A stretch of DNA of 64,000 nt from an uncultured archaeon (GTDB taxonomy: Archaea > Asgardarchaeota > Lokiarchaeia > Sigyniarchaeales > SOKP01): NCBI GenBank assembly GCA_964388035.1, contig CAYLZE010000007.1:1-64000 (forward strand), read 5' to 3'. Positions 1 to 10,421 of the stretch are shown piece by piece. Positions within the stretch are counted from its first letter, which is position 1; each line of letters starts with the position of its first letter. Made by a program: the position numbers and the translations under genes. A model generated the notes under the pieces. It had not been told where the DNA came from and did not search any database. It saw only the letters and a list, made by a program, of their open reading frames with translations.

Positions 1-1
1 T

Positions 2-349
2 TAAGAACCCTGAAGCGATGTTATTGATAAGATCTCTAAATGTCAAAGAAATTGCAACAATTAGAAAAGAGATAATTGCTATTGTGAGGGTAGGACTCAC
101 GACAAACAATAATGAGAATAGAAAGCCCAACCATATTATGTTTAGAATAATGGAAAAGACATATTTTAAAATGCGGTTTTTCTGGATTAGTGTATTAGAG
201 ATTCTAATAAGGATTGTTCTAAGAATATAAATTCCAATATTCATTAAAATTAGATTTAATAATGATTGTTCTAAACCAGAGTAAAAATATACCCAAATTC
301 CAAGAAGGATGATGACAATGGAAATGATAACTTGTATTATTCTCCTCAT
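2..349 (-). CDS. Mechanosensitive ion channel MscS-family protein (N-terminal part, runs off window)
   Basis: Hand translation from ATG at 349 gives MRRIIQVIISIVIILLGIW...AISLTFRDLINNIASGFL with no stop to the window edge. Several TM segments; the last motif resembles MscS TM3 (ALGLAFQDxLxNxxSG). Not in the ORF track. Confidence 0.7.
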   Translation of the reverse strand, partial: MRRIIQVIISIVIILLGIWVYFYSGLEQSLLNLILMNIGIYILRTILIRISNTLIQKNRILKYVFSIILNIIWLGFLFSLLFVVSPTLTIAIISFLIVAISLTFRDLINNIASGFL

Positions 350-612
350 AAATATATAAAATAGAAATTTAACTTAAAAATCTTTGTTTGATAAATTCAA
401 AATATACTATTGAATTAGTCAAAGAAACAAAAAGCTTTAACTGAATTTCAATAAAAGTGTTGAAATACATAGAATCAAGTTCGATAATCCTTCATTTTCT
501 TATTTCAAGCAAGAATTGAAACTTTAAATAATTTGATGATGATAAAATTATAAATTTAGCCTTACATAACAAGTTAATATTAATCAACAAATACCAATAT
601 CTTCCATAGAAA

Positions 613-1698
613 ATGAAAATCAAGGAAATAAAAATTAAGAAAAGAAAAGTAAAAAATATGTCGAAAAAAATAGGACTTCCTCCGGGAACACTAATTTTTA
701 CCGGTGAAAGGAAAGTAGAAGAGGAAAAGATCACAGTTATAGATTACAATGAGATTGAAATTGAATCCCGGGAATCTAAACAATTAGAAAAAAATTTATC
801 TGAAATAGGCAAAAATAAAATTAGATGGATAAATATAGATGGTCTTGGGCAAATTGAAAACATTGAAGAATTAGGGAAAGAGCTCAATCTTCATCCGTTA
901 GTGTTAGAAGACGTTGTGAATCCCCAACAACGCCCCAAAATCGAAGGTTATGAAGAATATATTTTTATAGTATTGAGATGTCTGCATTGGAGTAAAGAAT
1001 TGAAAAATATTATATCCGAACAAATAAGTATCGTTCTTGGAAAGAGACTCGTGATTACATTTAGAGAAAGTTCAAGTCCCATATTTCTACCGATTCTTGA
1101 AAGATTGAATAAATCCCGTGGGAAAATTCGAAAGATGGGGGCAGATTATTTAGTCTATTCCCTAATTGACATCATAATTGATAATTATTTTGAAATTATT
1201 GAAGGATTAGGAAGAAGATTGGACAAATTAGAAGAATTATTGATTTCAAATCCTCAAATCGAAACATTGCAATCAATTCGAAAACTAAAAAGAGAAGTTA
1301 ATGCTCTTAGAAGATCCATATGGCCCTCTCGAAATGTAATTAATGGGCTTCAACGAGAAGAATCTCTTGTAGATGATGCAACGCAGATTTATCTTAGGGA
1401 TGTTTATGACCACATTATACAAATCGTAGACACTTTTGAAAATTATCGAGATACTATATCTGGCATGTTAGACATGTATTTATCAAGTGTTAGCAACAAG
1501 ATGAACGAGATCATGAAAGTCTTGACCATTATCTCCACGATATTCATTCCAATTTCTTTTTTAGCAGGATTCTATGGAATGAATTTTGTATACATGCCAG
1601 AGTTATCCTCTCCTATTGCTTATCCTCTCTTAATTATGGTAATGAGTTTAATTGGAATAACAATGATTTTGTTTTTTAAGAGAAAAAAATGGCTTTAA
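613..1698 (+). CDS. corA: Magnesium/cobalt transporter CorA (copy 1)
   Basis: KIGLPPGTL N-terminus, LHPLVLED, and C-terminal YGMNF..MPEL signature with two TM helices. Alternative start at 658. Confidence 0.95.
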   Translation: MKIKEIKIKKRKVKNMSKKIGLPPGTLIFTGERKVEEEKITVIDYNEIEIESRESKQLEKNLSEIGKNKIRWINIDGLGQIENIEELGKELNLHPLVLEDVVNPQQRPKIEGYEEYIFIVLRCLHWSKELKNIISEQISIVLGKRLVITFRESSSPIFLPILERLNKSRGKIRKMGADYLVYSLIDIIIDNYFEIIEGLGRRLDKLEELLISNPQIETLQSIRKLKREVNALRRSIWPSRNVINGLQREESLVDDATQIYLRDVYDHIIQIVDTFENYRDTISGMLDMYLSSVSNKMNEIMKVLTIISTIFIPISFLAGFYGMNFVYMPELSSPIAYPLLIMVMSLIGITMILFFKRKKWL

Positions 1699-1967
1699 AA
1701 TCCTTCATTTTTTTTTATGTAGTCCATTTTAACATGCATTGCTAATAATTAATATTCTTCATATTTTCTTTTTCTAGATTAAAGAAATGAAATTTAGTTA
1801 GTTGCTAAGAGTGTATTTTAAGTGAATGTAAGAAAGGTAAATAAATTTAGTTAGTTTTGGAAAATTTTTGAAGTCTTATTAGAATTGATAAAAAAGATGG
1901 TAGTAAATGCTTGTATATTCTTTTGTTTTTAAAAAAGTTTATATTATTTAATTATAATTCAATTATT

Positions 1968-2696
1968 ATGGTAATTTCACCGAATACATTCGAATTTAAT
2001 CTATTTTTAACTTTAACCATAATCATTTTGATTGTAAAAATATCATTAGTTGGTTATTTAGTTAAAAAAGTTTTAGATAGAAAAAAAGAAACAGGAACCC
2101 TTCGTTTCGACTTTTTAGTAAGCGTAGCCGTATTAATGTTTTGTCTTTTCGTTTCTCGGTTACTATTTGCAATCTATGATTTCAGCTTAACACAATTTGA
2201 TACCTCCATCGCATACTTATATCCGAATTATCTTGTATGGAAATTTGCAGCACTTTCGTCTAGCATTGGCTTTATTGTTATATTATATACGATAGATAAG
2301 GAGATATTGAACTTTAAACTTAAAGGGATTTTAGCTATTTTAATGTTAATTTTTACTTTGATTCAGTTTTTCTATCCCGTTAATACTCCCCAAGATTTTG
2401 ACATGCTTTCATTCATAGGGATCTTTGGAAATATCGTTGCCATCATTATCCCCATAATTTTTCTTTATACAGGAATAAAGATACAAGGTCTTAGAAAATC
2501 ATCGTTTATTATTGCATTTGGTATTATCATTTATGCGATAGGGTCCAATTTAGTGATTGAACCCATACTAAGTCCATTAAGGGCATTATATGGTCCCGAT
2601 GTTCAGATTGTAATGTACTTTTTACTATTTATTTTCAAGATCACGGGATTATTAATGTTTTCATATGGAGTAACTCAATTTACTTTAAAAAGATAA
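1968..2696 (+). CDS. Lineage-specific ~7-TM membrane protein
   Basis: About seven hydrophobic segments. ATG at 1968 preferred over the TTG at 1911. Similar layout to 42153..42854. Confidence 0.75.
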   Translation: MVISPNTFEFNLFLTLTIIILIVKISLVGYLVKKVLDRKKETGTLRFDFLVSVAVLMFCLFVSRLLFAIYDFSLTQFDTSIAYLYPNYLVWKFAALSSSIGFIVILYTIDKEILNFKLKGILAILMLIFTLIQFFYPVNTPQDFDMLSFIGIFGNIVAIIIPIIFLYTGIKIQGLRKSSFIIAFGIIIYAIGSNLVIEPILSPLRALYGPDVQIVMYFLLFIFKITGLLMFSYGVTQFTLKR

Positions 2697-2762
2697 CTTT
2701 TTTTTCTTTTTAATAAAAAGAAGGCAAAAATTCGTTTATTTAGAGTTCTATTTTCTTGAAGT

Positions 2763-3629
2763 TTAGAAAATTATTTTTAAAATCCTTTTTAAACTTCCAG
2801 GAATCTCGATTTTAAAATAATTTTCTACAATTTCAAATAAAAAGCTTAAATAAATAGCAGATATCTTTACATTAAATTGTTCTTGTAAACCTTTATATAC
2901 ATCCGTAATATCAATTTTAGTGCTCCATTCAATTTTTTCAAAATGACCTGAAATAAATTTAGATAATTCAAAGGCTACTTGGATTTCGTTTTTTAACAAT
3001 ATGAGACTTGATTTCGGATCGGATTCCGCAAGAAATTTTTGAATAATTCTTCTTTCTACTGCAACATCTTTCGAGTTTAAGATTTTTCTATTGTCGTTTA
3101 TTATCACACCTTTCTTATCGAAAACTAAGTAGTTCTTAAAGATTTTGCTATTTTCATTATATTCATTATCTGAAATAATTTCAAGCTCCAATTTAAAAGA
3201 AGTTTGAGTTATATAATTATAAAAATTAATTAGATACTCATGAATAAATTTTACAGGGTCATCCAAAATTAAGATAAATTTTTCACCAAGAAAAATGGCT
3301 TTCAAGGTATATGTTAAAAGAATTGGAGAAAAGTTGAGCTTTATTAAATCTACATCAAGAGGTTTATCCTCCAGTAAGTTTTTTTCTTGATCGATTTCCA
3401 TTTTAGTTTTTAACACCGTTTCGGGAAGTTCAAGATGAAAGTCTGCGTAGAAGTAATCCCTGATGATATAATTTTTATCTAAATATACGATAAAACTATG
3501 TTTACAGCTTATTTTTTGTACATTAACAGCTAAAATTCCCCTATCAAAATTTTTTATAGAATCTTCAGATATCTCAATGATTCCATTTTTCTTACAAATT
3601 GGACAAATAACTCTAACAACTTTTTTCAT
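2763..3629 (-). CDS. Hypothetical protein with N-terminal CPxC...CxH zinc-binding motif
   Basis: 288-aa ORF with ICPICKK and SCKHSFIVYLDKN, a pattern I associate with expanded Lokiarchaeia families. Confidence 0.75.
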   Translation of the reverse strand: MKKVVRVICPICKKNGIIEISEDSIKNFDRGILAVNVQKISCKHSFIVYLDKNYIIRDYFYADFHLELPETVLKTKMEIDQEKNLLEDKPLDVDLIKLNFSPILLTYTLKAIFLGEKFILILDDPVKFIHEYLINFYNYITQTSFKLELEIISDNEYNENSKIFKNYLVFDKKGVIINDNRKILNSKDVAVERRIIQKFLAESDPKSSLILLKNEIQVAFELSKFISGHFEKIEWSTKIDITDVYKGLQEQFNVKISAIYLSFLFEIVENYFKIEIPGSLKRILKIIF

Positions 3630-4196
3630 TATATTATCATCTTTCTCTTAATTCTAATTTCAAATCAATTATTTTCTTTAATAAAAAATTTCTAAATCTT
3701 CTCTCATATATATAATAATTATTAAGGCATCCCATTATATATCTAATGAAAACAATAAACTAAAGAAAATATTCATTTCTTTTAAATGAGATTCATTTTT
3801 TAATCCATTTTTTAAGAATTTAGTTAATTACTTAACTAAATTTAAAATAAATTAAACATTTTGAAATGTCTTCTTAACTCATTTATTAAAATTTATTTTA
3901 CATTTCAGAAATGCTTAAAATGTAAAAGAAGGTATCTTCTTCATCTTAACCATGCGAGATTTTTATCTATAACTTGAATTTATCAGATATTTTAGGAGAT
4001 TAATCATAAATTTTTCTTTTAAATTCAGCTTTGATGATTTTAATGGCCCGATTGCATAAATTCTGCCTTAAATATTAAGATTAGTTTAAGTACGATAGTA
4101 ATTATAATTCTTAAGATGAAGATTGATATTAAATCCGAATTCTATGAATGGTATTAGATATTACATGGGTAAAAAAAAGAAACTAAGGAATGGAAA

Positions 4197-5276
4197 ATGA
4201 AGAAAACATATGTAAATGGACCCAGAAGTATAAAATGGTCAGATAAGATTGGACTCCCTCCCGGTACATTAATTTATACAGGAAAAAGAAAGCGTGAAGA
4301 AGAAAAAATCACTATTATTGATTATGATGAAAATATAATTCAATCAAAAGAATTCAAAAAGTTAGAAAAAAATCTTTCGAAAATAGCTGACGGAATTGTA
4401 AGATGGATAAATATTGAAGGATTGGGACAATTGGATGTTATCGAAGATTTGGGCCGAGAATTTCATCTCCATCCCCTCTTATTAGAAGATATTGTCAATT
4501 CAGAACATCGCCCAAAGGTTGAGAATTATGAGGATTATCTTTTTATTATTTTAAAACATGTATGGTGGAATGACGAGAAAAATCAATTCCTTACGGAACA
4601 AATAAGTATTGTTCTCGGGAAGGATTATGTAATTACTTTTAAAGAAGGATTAAATTCCCTATTTATGCCAATTATAGATATGTTAACTCATGGAAAGGGA
4701 AGGATTAGAAAAATGGGGGCAGATTATTTAGCTTATAGTTTAATAGATGCCATAATTGATTATTATTTTGAAATAATTGATAAACTGGGGTTAAAAATTG
4801 ACGAAATTGAAGAATATCTAATAACTAATCCTGTTACTAAAACATTACAATCAATAAGATCTTTAGAAAGGGAAATATTAACCTTAATAAGATCAGCATG
4901 GGCATCTCGAAATGTTATTAATAATCTCCAAAGGGAAGATTTTTTCTCAGATAAAACGATCCAGCTCTATTTAAGAGATGCGTATGACCACATCATACAA
5001 ATTGCAGATAATTTTGAAAACTTTCGAGAAATTATAGAGGGATTGATTGATATTTATTTATCAAGCGTAAATAACAAAATGAATGAAGTAATAAAGGTAC
5101 TAACGATTATCTCTACCATTTTTATCCCATTATCTTTTTTGGTGGGATTTTATGGCATGAATTTTCAGAATATGCCAGAATATTCATTTCCCTTTGCTTA
5201 TCCTCTCATAATTATAGTCATGTTCGCAATCTCTCTTTTAATGATATTATACTTTAAGAGAAAAAAATGGTTGTAA
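4197..5276 (+). CDS. corA: Magnesium/cobalt transporter CorA (copy 2)
   Basis: KIGLPPGTL, LHPLLLED, YGMNFQNMPEY; clear paralog of 613..1698. Confidence 0.95.
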   Translation: MKKTYVNGPRSIKWSDKIGLPPGTLIYTGKRKREEEKITIIDYDENIIQSKEFKKLEKNLSKIADGIVRWINIEGLGQLDVIEDLGREFHLHPLLLEDIVNSEHRPKVENYEDYLFIILKHVWWNDEKNQFLTEQISIVLGKDYVITFKEGLNSLFMPIIDMLTHGKGRIRKMGADYLAYSLIDAIIDYYFEIIDKLGLKIDEIEEYLITNPVTKTLQSIRSLEREILTLIRSAWASRNVINNLQREDFFSDKTIQLYLRDAYDHIIQIADNFENFREIIEGLIDIYLSSVNNKMNEVIKVLTIISTIFIPLSFLVGFYGMNFQNMPEYSFPFAYPLIIIVMFAISLLMILYFKRKKWL

Positions 5277-5344
5277 ATTTAAAGTAGTAGTACTTTTTCA
5301 TTTTATTTTTTCTATGCATCCATTGATTTTGATTACTTTGGTAA

Positions 5345-6170
5345 ATTTAATTTTAAAATAATTTAAGAATGGATCTGCTTTCGAATTATTAAAAATGATG
5401 TTGACCAGTATTGCTTAAATATAAGTAGAAGATAGTTATTTACCGGAAAATTTAGTGTTAGCATTGCATTCATAACTGCGTGATATACCAATATAGTTAA
5501 TAAGCATCCTTTCCCCTTGTTGTATAACCAGATATAGAAAATTAGAGTTAATTAAAATGATTATAATAAACATCCAAATAGAACCATATAATTGGAGCAT
5601 GGAACTATATTTCAATAGAAAATAAGACCAATACCAAGCAGCTCAAATTAGACCAAGAATTAATAAAGAAAGGAAAGGAGAAAATCATTCTTGTAAATGA
5701 GGTAATGCAAAAAATTTCCACCCAAATTCTACTTCCATGCTAAAAAAGATGTATACAATGAAGACTAGAATAAATCCTTACTATATTATCGCTGAGATGT
5801 CACATGTACCTATAAGGCCAAAATAGAATTTTAATAATTCGAGGACTTCAATTAATAGTAGTAGTAATGTGATGAAAATCTACTTGAGGGATTGCTTTAT
5901 GTTAAGTGCTAATTGCCCAAAATTATAAGATGGTCCCTTTTTCCCATATGAAATACGGGAAGCGATTAATACTCCGCATAGGGGAAAAACGCCCCCTATA
6001 TAGGTATAAATTATATTAAATGGAATGAATTCATAAGATGATAAGACCCATGGCAGGTAACCAATGGCTCCAAAAATATAGGTAAATAGAATAGACCAAA
6101 AAAATGGAGTCATTTTGATAGATTTATTTTTCTCAACAATAGCAGCTATTATGATTCTTGAGAATTACAA
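5345..6170 (-). pseudogene. CPBP/Abi (CAAX-protease-like) intramembrane metalloprotease pseudogene
   Basis: Minus-strand reading VEFGWKFFALPHLQE*FSPFLSLLILGLI*AAW has TGA at 5685-5687 and 5643-5645. After a frameshift it reads YIWLYNKGKGCLLTILVYHAVMN. These match CPBP EExxxR and HxxxN motifs. ORF 5880..6113 is the N-terminal fragment. Ends approximate. Confidence 0.8.
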
Positions 6171-6322
6171 TTTCTACCTCCTTGTTGGAATAAGAATTTA
6201 TAATTCTAGATCAGTTTATAAATTTTCTTCCTTACGTTAGATCGTTATTTATAATAAAAATTTGGTTATGTTCGTTCCTCTATACCTAATTTAATAATCA
6301 TGTAACCTTCTTAATATCTATA

Positions 6323-7108
6323 ATGGAACTATTTTCTCTTAAATTACCTATTATACGGAAAAATGACCCTTTATTAAAGATCATCATAGCTGCAATCCAA
6401 GAACAAGGTAAAATCCTTAAAGATGGAGATATAGTTGTTATCTCGGAAAAAGTTGCTGCCACCTCGCAAGGAAGAATAATTAAATTAGAGGATGTAAAAA
6501 AAGTTTCCGAAAAAGCCAAAGAAATGGCATTGAAATTCGAGATGGATGAACGTTTTGTAGAATTAATTTTAAGAGAAGCTACAATGGTACTTGGGGGCAT
6601 GTATCATGTTATATTAACAAAAGTAAATGATTTTCTTATCGCGAATTCGGGGATAGACCAATCCAATGCGGGTTTAGGAAATGTGGTCTTATTACCTGAA
6701 AAAATTAAAGAATTAGCATGGGAGTATTGGAAATCATTAAAATCACATTATAATTTAACAAATTTAGGGATAATAATTGCTGATTCTCGGGTACAACCGT
6801 TAAGAAAGGGAACCATTGGAATCGCTATAGCCACCGCTGGTTTTGAACCAATTGAAGATTGTAGAGGTAAGGAAGACCTATTTGGAAGGCCTCTACAAAT
6901 AACGTTACGTGCGATCGCAGACGATCTTACCAGCGCAGCTCAATTTCTTCTTGGAGAAGGAAGCGAACAGACTCCTATAATCGTAATACGAGGGGCTAAG
7001 GTGACTTTTACCGAAAATCCCCAATTTACTACTGAAATACCTCCAGAAGAATGCTTATACATGAATATATTTGCTCGATATCTTTTGAAAAAAGAATCAA
7101 TAGAATGA
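6323..7108 (+). CDS. cofE: Coenzyme F420-0:L-glutamate ligase
   Basis: DGDIVVISEKV, ANSGIDQSN, IIADSRVQPLRKG, DLFGRPLQIT..A.AD, GEGSEQTP motifs. Confidence 0.9.
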   Translation: MELFSLKLPIIRKNDPLLKIIIAAIQEQGKILKDGDIVVISEKVAATSQGRIIKLEDVKKVSEKAKEMALKFEMDERFVELILREATMVLGGMYHVILTKVNDFLIANSGIDQSNAGLGNVVLLPEKIKELAWEYWKSLKSHYNLTNLGIIIADSRVQPLRKGTIGIAIATAGFEPIEDCRGKEDLFGRPLQITLRAIADDLTSAAQFLLGEGSEQTPIIVIRGAKVTFTENPQFTTEIPPEECLYMNIFARYLLKKESIE

Positions 7109-7249
7109 TTAAATCTCCTTTTATTGAAATCGAAAAACTTTTTTTAAAATACCACAAAATAGAAATTTCTGGATCAATTATCGAAAGTGAAAGAATTATA
7201 TAGAGTGATTCTATGATTTAACTATATTAATCAATTTGAAAAAAATAAT

Positions 7250-8029
7250 ATGGCAAGGAAACGACAAGCGAATAGAATCTTTCTATTTATAACCATTTTG
7301 ATCTCTTTTTTTACATTCAATATCGCCAACATTTCCATAGTAAACGCTGATTCTCTTCAATATTTTCCGTTAGGGATGGGAACTGAATGGAGATATCAAA
7401 CTTCTGATAATAATGGAAATTGGGAAACACGTCGTTCTATTGAAGAGTGGGAATTTATCGGGCTACAATTCACGATCTATTTCAATGAAGAACATGATGG
7501 AGTTTGGCAAAATCGGATGATGCTCAGTAAATCATCAGATTCGCTGATGTGGTGGGGATTTGAAGACAGCAATGCCAGATATATCGCTTTTAATGGATTG
7601 ATTTATGTTACAGAACCACCTAAGGTCGGAGATGTGAAGGGGGGAAGTACCTCTGGAACATTAACCATAAAGACTGAACATTCGCAGACAATGAACGTGA
7701 ATTTTCAGGGTATATACACCATAGAAGCCATCGAAACCGTAATAGTTCCAGCGGGAACTTTTCAAAATTGCATCAAGGTTCATGAGCAAGAAATCACCCC
7801 TGATGGTATTGCGGATTTTCATGTTTGGTATGCTCCAAATGTGGGTCCCGTGAAATATCAATATCCGTTAAGAAATAATAGAGTAGACGTACTCGATAGT
7901 TATCATGTAACAGATGACGATCCTTTTAATTGGTTTTTACCAAAAGTACCCATATTGGTGATTTCTTGTATTATCGGAGTGAGCGCTTTAATAGTAATTA
8001 TAGTTATTCGGAAAAAAACTAGAAATTGA
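7250..8029 (+). CDS. Secreted, C-terminally membrane-anchored beta-rich protein
   Basis: Signal peptide, YFPL..G.EWRY, ETVIVPAGTFxNC, WYAPNVGPVK, C-terminal TM helix followed by a basic tail (RKKTRN). Confidence 0.75.
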   Translation: MARKRQANRIFLFITILISFFTFNIANISIVNADSLQYFPLGMGTEWRYQTSDNNGNWETRRSIEEWEFIGLQFTIYFNEEHDGVWQNRMMLSKSSDSLMWWGFEDSNARYIAFNGLIYVTEPPKVGDVKGGSTSGTLTIKTEHSQTMNVNFQGIYTIEAIETVIVPAGTFQNCIKVHEQEITPDGIADFHVWYAPNVGPVKYQYPLRNNRVDVLDSYHVTDDDPFNWFLPKVPILVISCIIGVSALIVIIVIRKKTRN

Positions 8030-8089
8030 AAATTATAAAAATTAAAATATTTATGTATAATATTATATTCTTATCTTTTTTTTTAAATC

Positions 8090-8791
8090 ATGACTGCTCT
8101 TAAAACATTAAGTTCAATAAAAAATAGAATTTATGGATTTTTAGTAAATCCAAAGATAGTAAAAGTTAGTATTGTCTTTAGCCTTATCAACTTTTTGGGT
8201 TGTGTTTGCATTGGAATTATCATAGCAAGTCTATTAGGGCCTACGGGATATAATTTTGTTGATAATTATATTAGCGATTTAGGTTCTATTAAGTATACTC
8301 CCTTACCTTTTTTCCTAGATTATGGGGCAATTTCTTCATCCATAACACTCCTACCTTTTGGATTCTGTTTAGAAAAAGTTTTAAATCCGCTTCCTCCAGG
8401 AGAAATCGGGAATCGGGAAATAAGTCGGAACAAAATTCGATTAACTAGTCTTGGAATATTATCTTTCTTAATTGGAATGATTGGTTTTTTTGGGATAGGG
8501 CTTTTTTCAGAGGATAGAACTACTAGCTTGGGACTTCATTATACATTTTCAGTTGTTGTTTTTGCTGGATTAATTTTCACGAGCATTTTTTTTGGATTAG
8601 TAATTACATTTTTTAACACTATATTTCCTCGAAATATAGGGATTTTCATGGTTGTAGTACCCATAACTCCCGGTATCATTTTTATTTTTACGGAGTGGCC
8701 TCTAATGGAATGGTTCATGCTCTTTTCGATTTTGGCTTGGGCTCTTCCTGTAATGTTCTTGATCTACAAAACACTAGGAAATTTGGGGTAA
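8090..8791 (+). CDS. DUF998/Frag1-like membrane protein
   Basis: NYISDLGS, G.FSED, a conserved H and EW in TM segments; paralog of 20820..21635. Confidence 0.7.
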   Translation: MTALKTLSSIKNRIYGFLVNPKIVKVSIVFSLINFLGCVCIGIIIASLLGPTGYNFVDNYISDLGSIKYTPLPFFLDYGAISSSITLLPFGFCLEKVLNPLPPGEIGNREISRNKIRLTSLGILSFLIGMIGFFGIGLFSEDRTTSLGLHYTFSVVVFAGLIFTSIFFGLVITFFNTIFPRNIGIFMVVVPITPGIIFIFTEWPLMEWFMLFSILAWALPVMFLIYKTLGNLG

Positions 8792-8938
8792 GTTCTTTAT
8801 TTATTTCCAATTATTTAAAATTCTCTTACAATAAAAATTAAGAGATGGTCTTGAGCTCATGGTGAATTTTTTTACAAATTGAGAATTAATTAAATCAGAC
8901 CATTTTTAAAATACTTTTTAGCGAGAAGTTGCTGTTCC

Positions 8939-10405
8939 ATGAAATTCTATGAATATATGGGCTATGAATTAATAGAAATGATTAAATCTGGCGAGATCAA
9001 TGTCTCAGAAATCATTAATCAAACCTTTAAAAGAATTCAAGAGACTGAACCGCGACTACATTCATTCGTAACCTTGTCAGAAAAACAAGCTTTAGAAACG
9101 GCCCAAAAAATCGATGATAATATTAAAAAGGGAAAGGATATTGACCCTTTATTCGGATTACCATTAGCCAATAAAGATTTAATATGTCTGAAAGACTTCC
9201 CAACTACATGCTGTTCTGAAATTTTAAAGGGATTTTTACCCCCATACAATGCTACAGTCATAGAACGATTAATAAATAAAGCAGGAGCCATTCACATTGG
9301 CAATACTAACATGGACGAGTTTGCCATGGGAAGCTCTACTGAAAATAGTTGCTACGGTGCTACTTTCAATCCTTGGGATTTAAATCGGGTTCCTGGTGGC
9401 TCTAGTGGAGGTTCAGGAGTTGCGGTAGCTTCAGGTCAAACCATTTTTGCATTAGGAAGTGATACCGGGGGTAGTATACGATGTCCTGCTTCTTATTGTG
9501 GTGTAGTAGGCTTAAAACCAACATATGGGAGAGTTTCAAGATATGGCTTAGTCGCCTTTGCAAACTCTCTTGATCAAATTGGACCAATCACCAAATGCGT
9601 TCATGATGCTGCCATCCTTTTAGAAATATTAGCAGGAAAAGATCCCTTAGATTCTACGTCCGTTGATGTGCCTGTAGATAACTATGTTTCACATTTAAAT
9701 GAACCAATAAATGAGAAGATATTGGGAATTCCCTCGGAATATTTTGGAGAGGGTATTGATCTTGAAGTGAAAGCTCAAGTAAAAAAATCAATTGAAATCC
9801 TAAAAGACTTAGGTGCAAAAACTGTTGAAGTTAATATCCCCCATTTGGAATATACAGTTCCTACTTATTTTTTGTTATGCATGTGTGAAGCAAGTTCCAA
9901 CTTAGCACGATATGATGGTTTAAGATACGGAAAAATGAGTAAAGATGTTGAGGGAGATGTATTTCAAGTTTTCAGCCGGACGAGAGGAGAAAGATTTGGA
10001 CCAGAAGTTAGGAGAAGAATTATCTTGGGAACCTATGCGTTGTCAGCCGGATATTATGACATGTTCTACATCAAAGCTTTAAAAGTGAGAACCTTGTTAA
10101 AAAATGATTTTCAAAAAGCCTTTCAGAAATGCGATGCGATCGTGTGCCCAACCATGCCCAACACAGCTTTTAAAATAGGAGAATTGATCGATGATCCCTT
10201 ACAAATGTACATGATAGATAATCTCACTTGTCCGGTTAATTTAGCGGGTATACCCGCGATTTCTATTCCATGTGGGTATGATAAAAAGAATCTTCCCATT
10301 GGATTTCAAGTGATTGGAAATTATTTTGATGAAAAAACGATTTTGAATGTAGCATTCCATCTTGAACAAGAACTAAATATTTATCGAAAAATGCCATCTC
10401 TTTAA
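8939..10405 (+). CDS. gatA: Asp-tRNA(Asn)/Glu-tRNA(Gln) amidotransferase subunit A
   Basis: Amidase signature GGSSGGS, GSDTGGSIR, SSNLARYDG, RRRIILGTYALSAGYY. Confidence 0.97.
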   Translation: MKFYEYMGYELIEMIKSGEINVSEIINQTFKRIQETEPRLHSFVTLSEKQALETAQKIDDNIKKGKDIDPLFGLPLANKDLICLKDFPTTCCSEILKGFLPPYNATVIERLINKAGAIHIGNTNMDEFAMGSSTENSCYGATFNPWDLNRVPGGSSGGSGVAVASGQTIFALGSDTGGSIRCPASYCGVVGLKPTYGRVSRYGLVAFANSLDQIGPITKCVHDAAILLEILAGKDPLDSTSVDVPVDNYVSHLNEPINEKILGIPSEYFGEGIDLEVKAQVKKSIEILKDLGAKTVEVNIPHLEYTVPTYFLLCMCEASSNLARYDGLRYGKMSKDVEGDVFQVFSRTRGERFGPEVRRRIILGTYALSAGYYDMFYIKALKVRTLLKNDFQKAFQKCDAIVCPTMPNTAFKIGELIDDPLQMYMIDNLTCPVNLAGIPAISIPCGYDKKNLPIGFQVIGNYFDEKTILNVAFHLEQELNIYRKMPSL

Positions 10406-10421
10406 GGAGGAATAAACAAGA

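Noticed and set aside
18-230. 70-aa plus-strand ORF
   Set aside because: Antisense shadow of the MscS-like gene.
5643-5687. In-frame TGA at a Trp-equivalent position, suggesting recoding or selenocysteine
   Set aside because: Accompanied by frameshifts and catalytic-site loss, and TGA ends many intact genes here; a pseudogene explains it.
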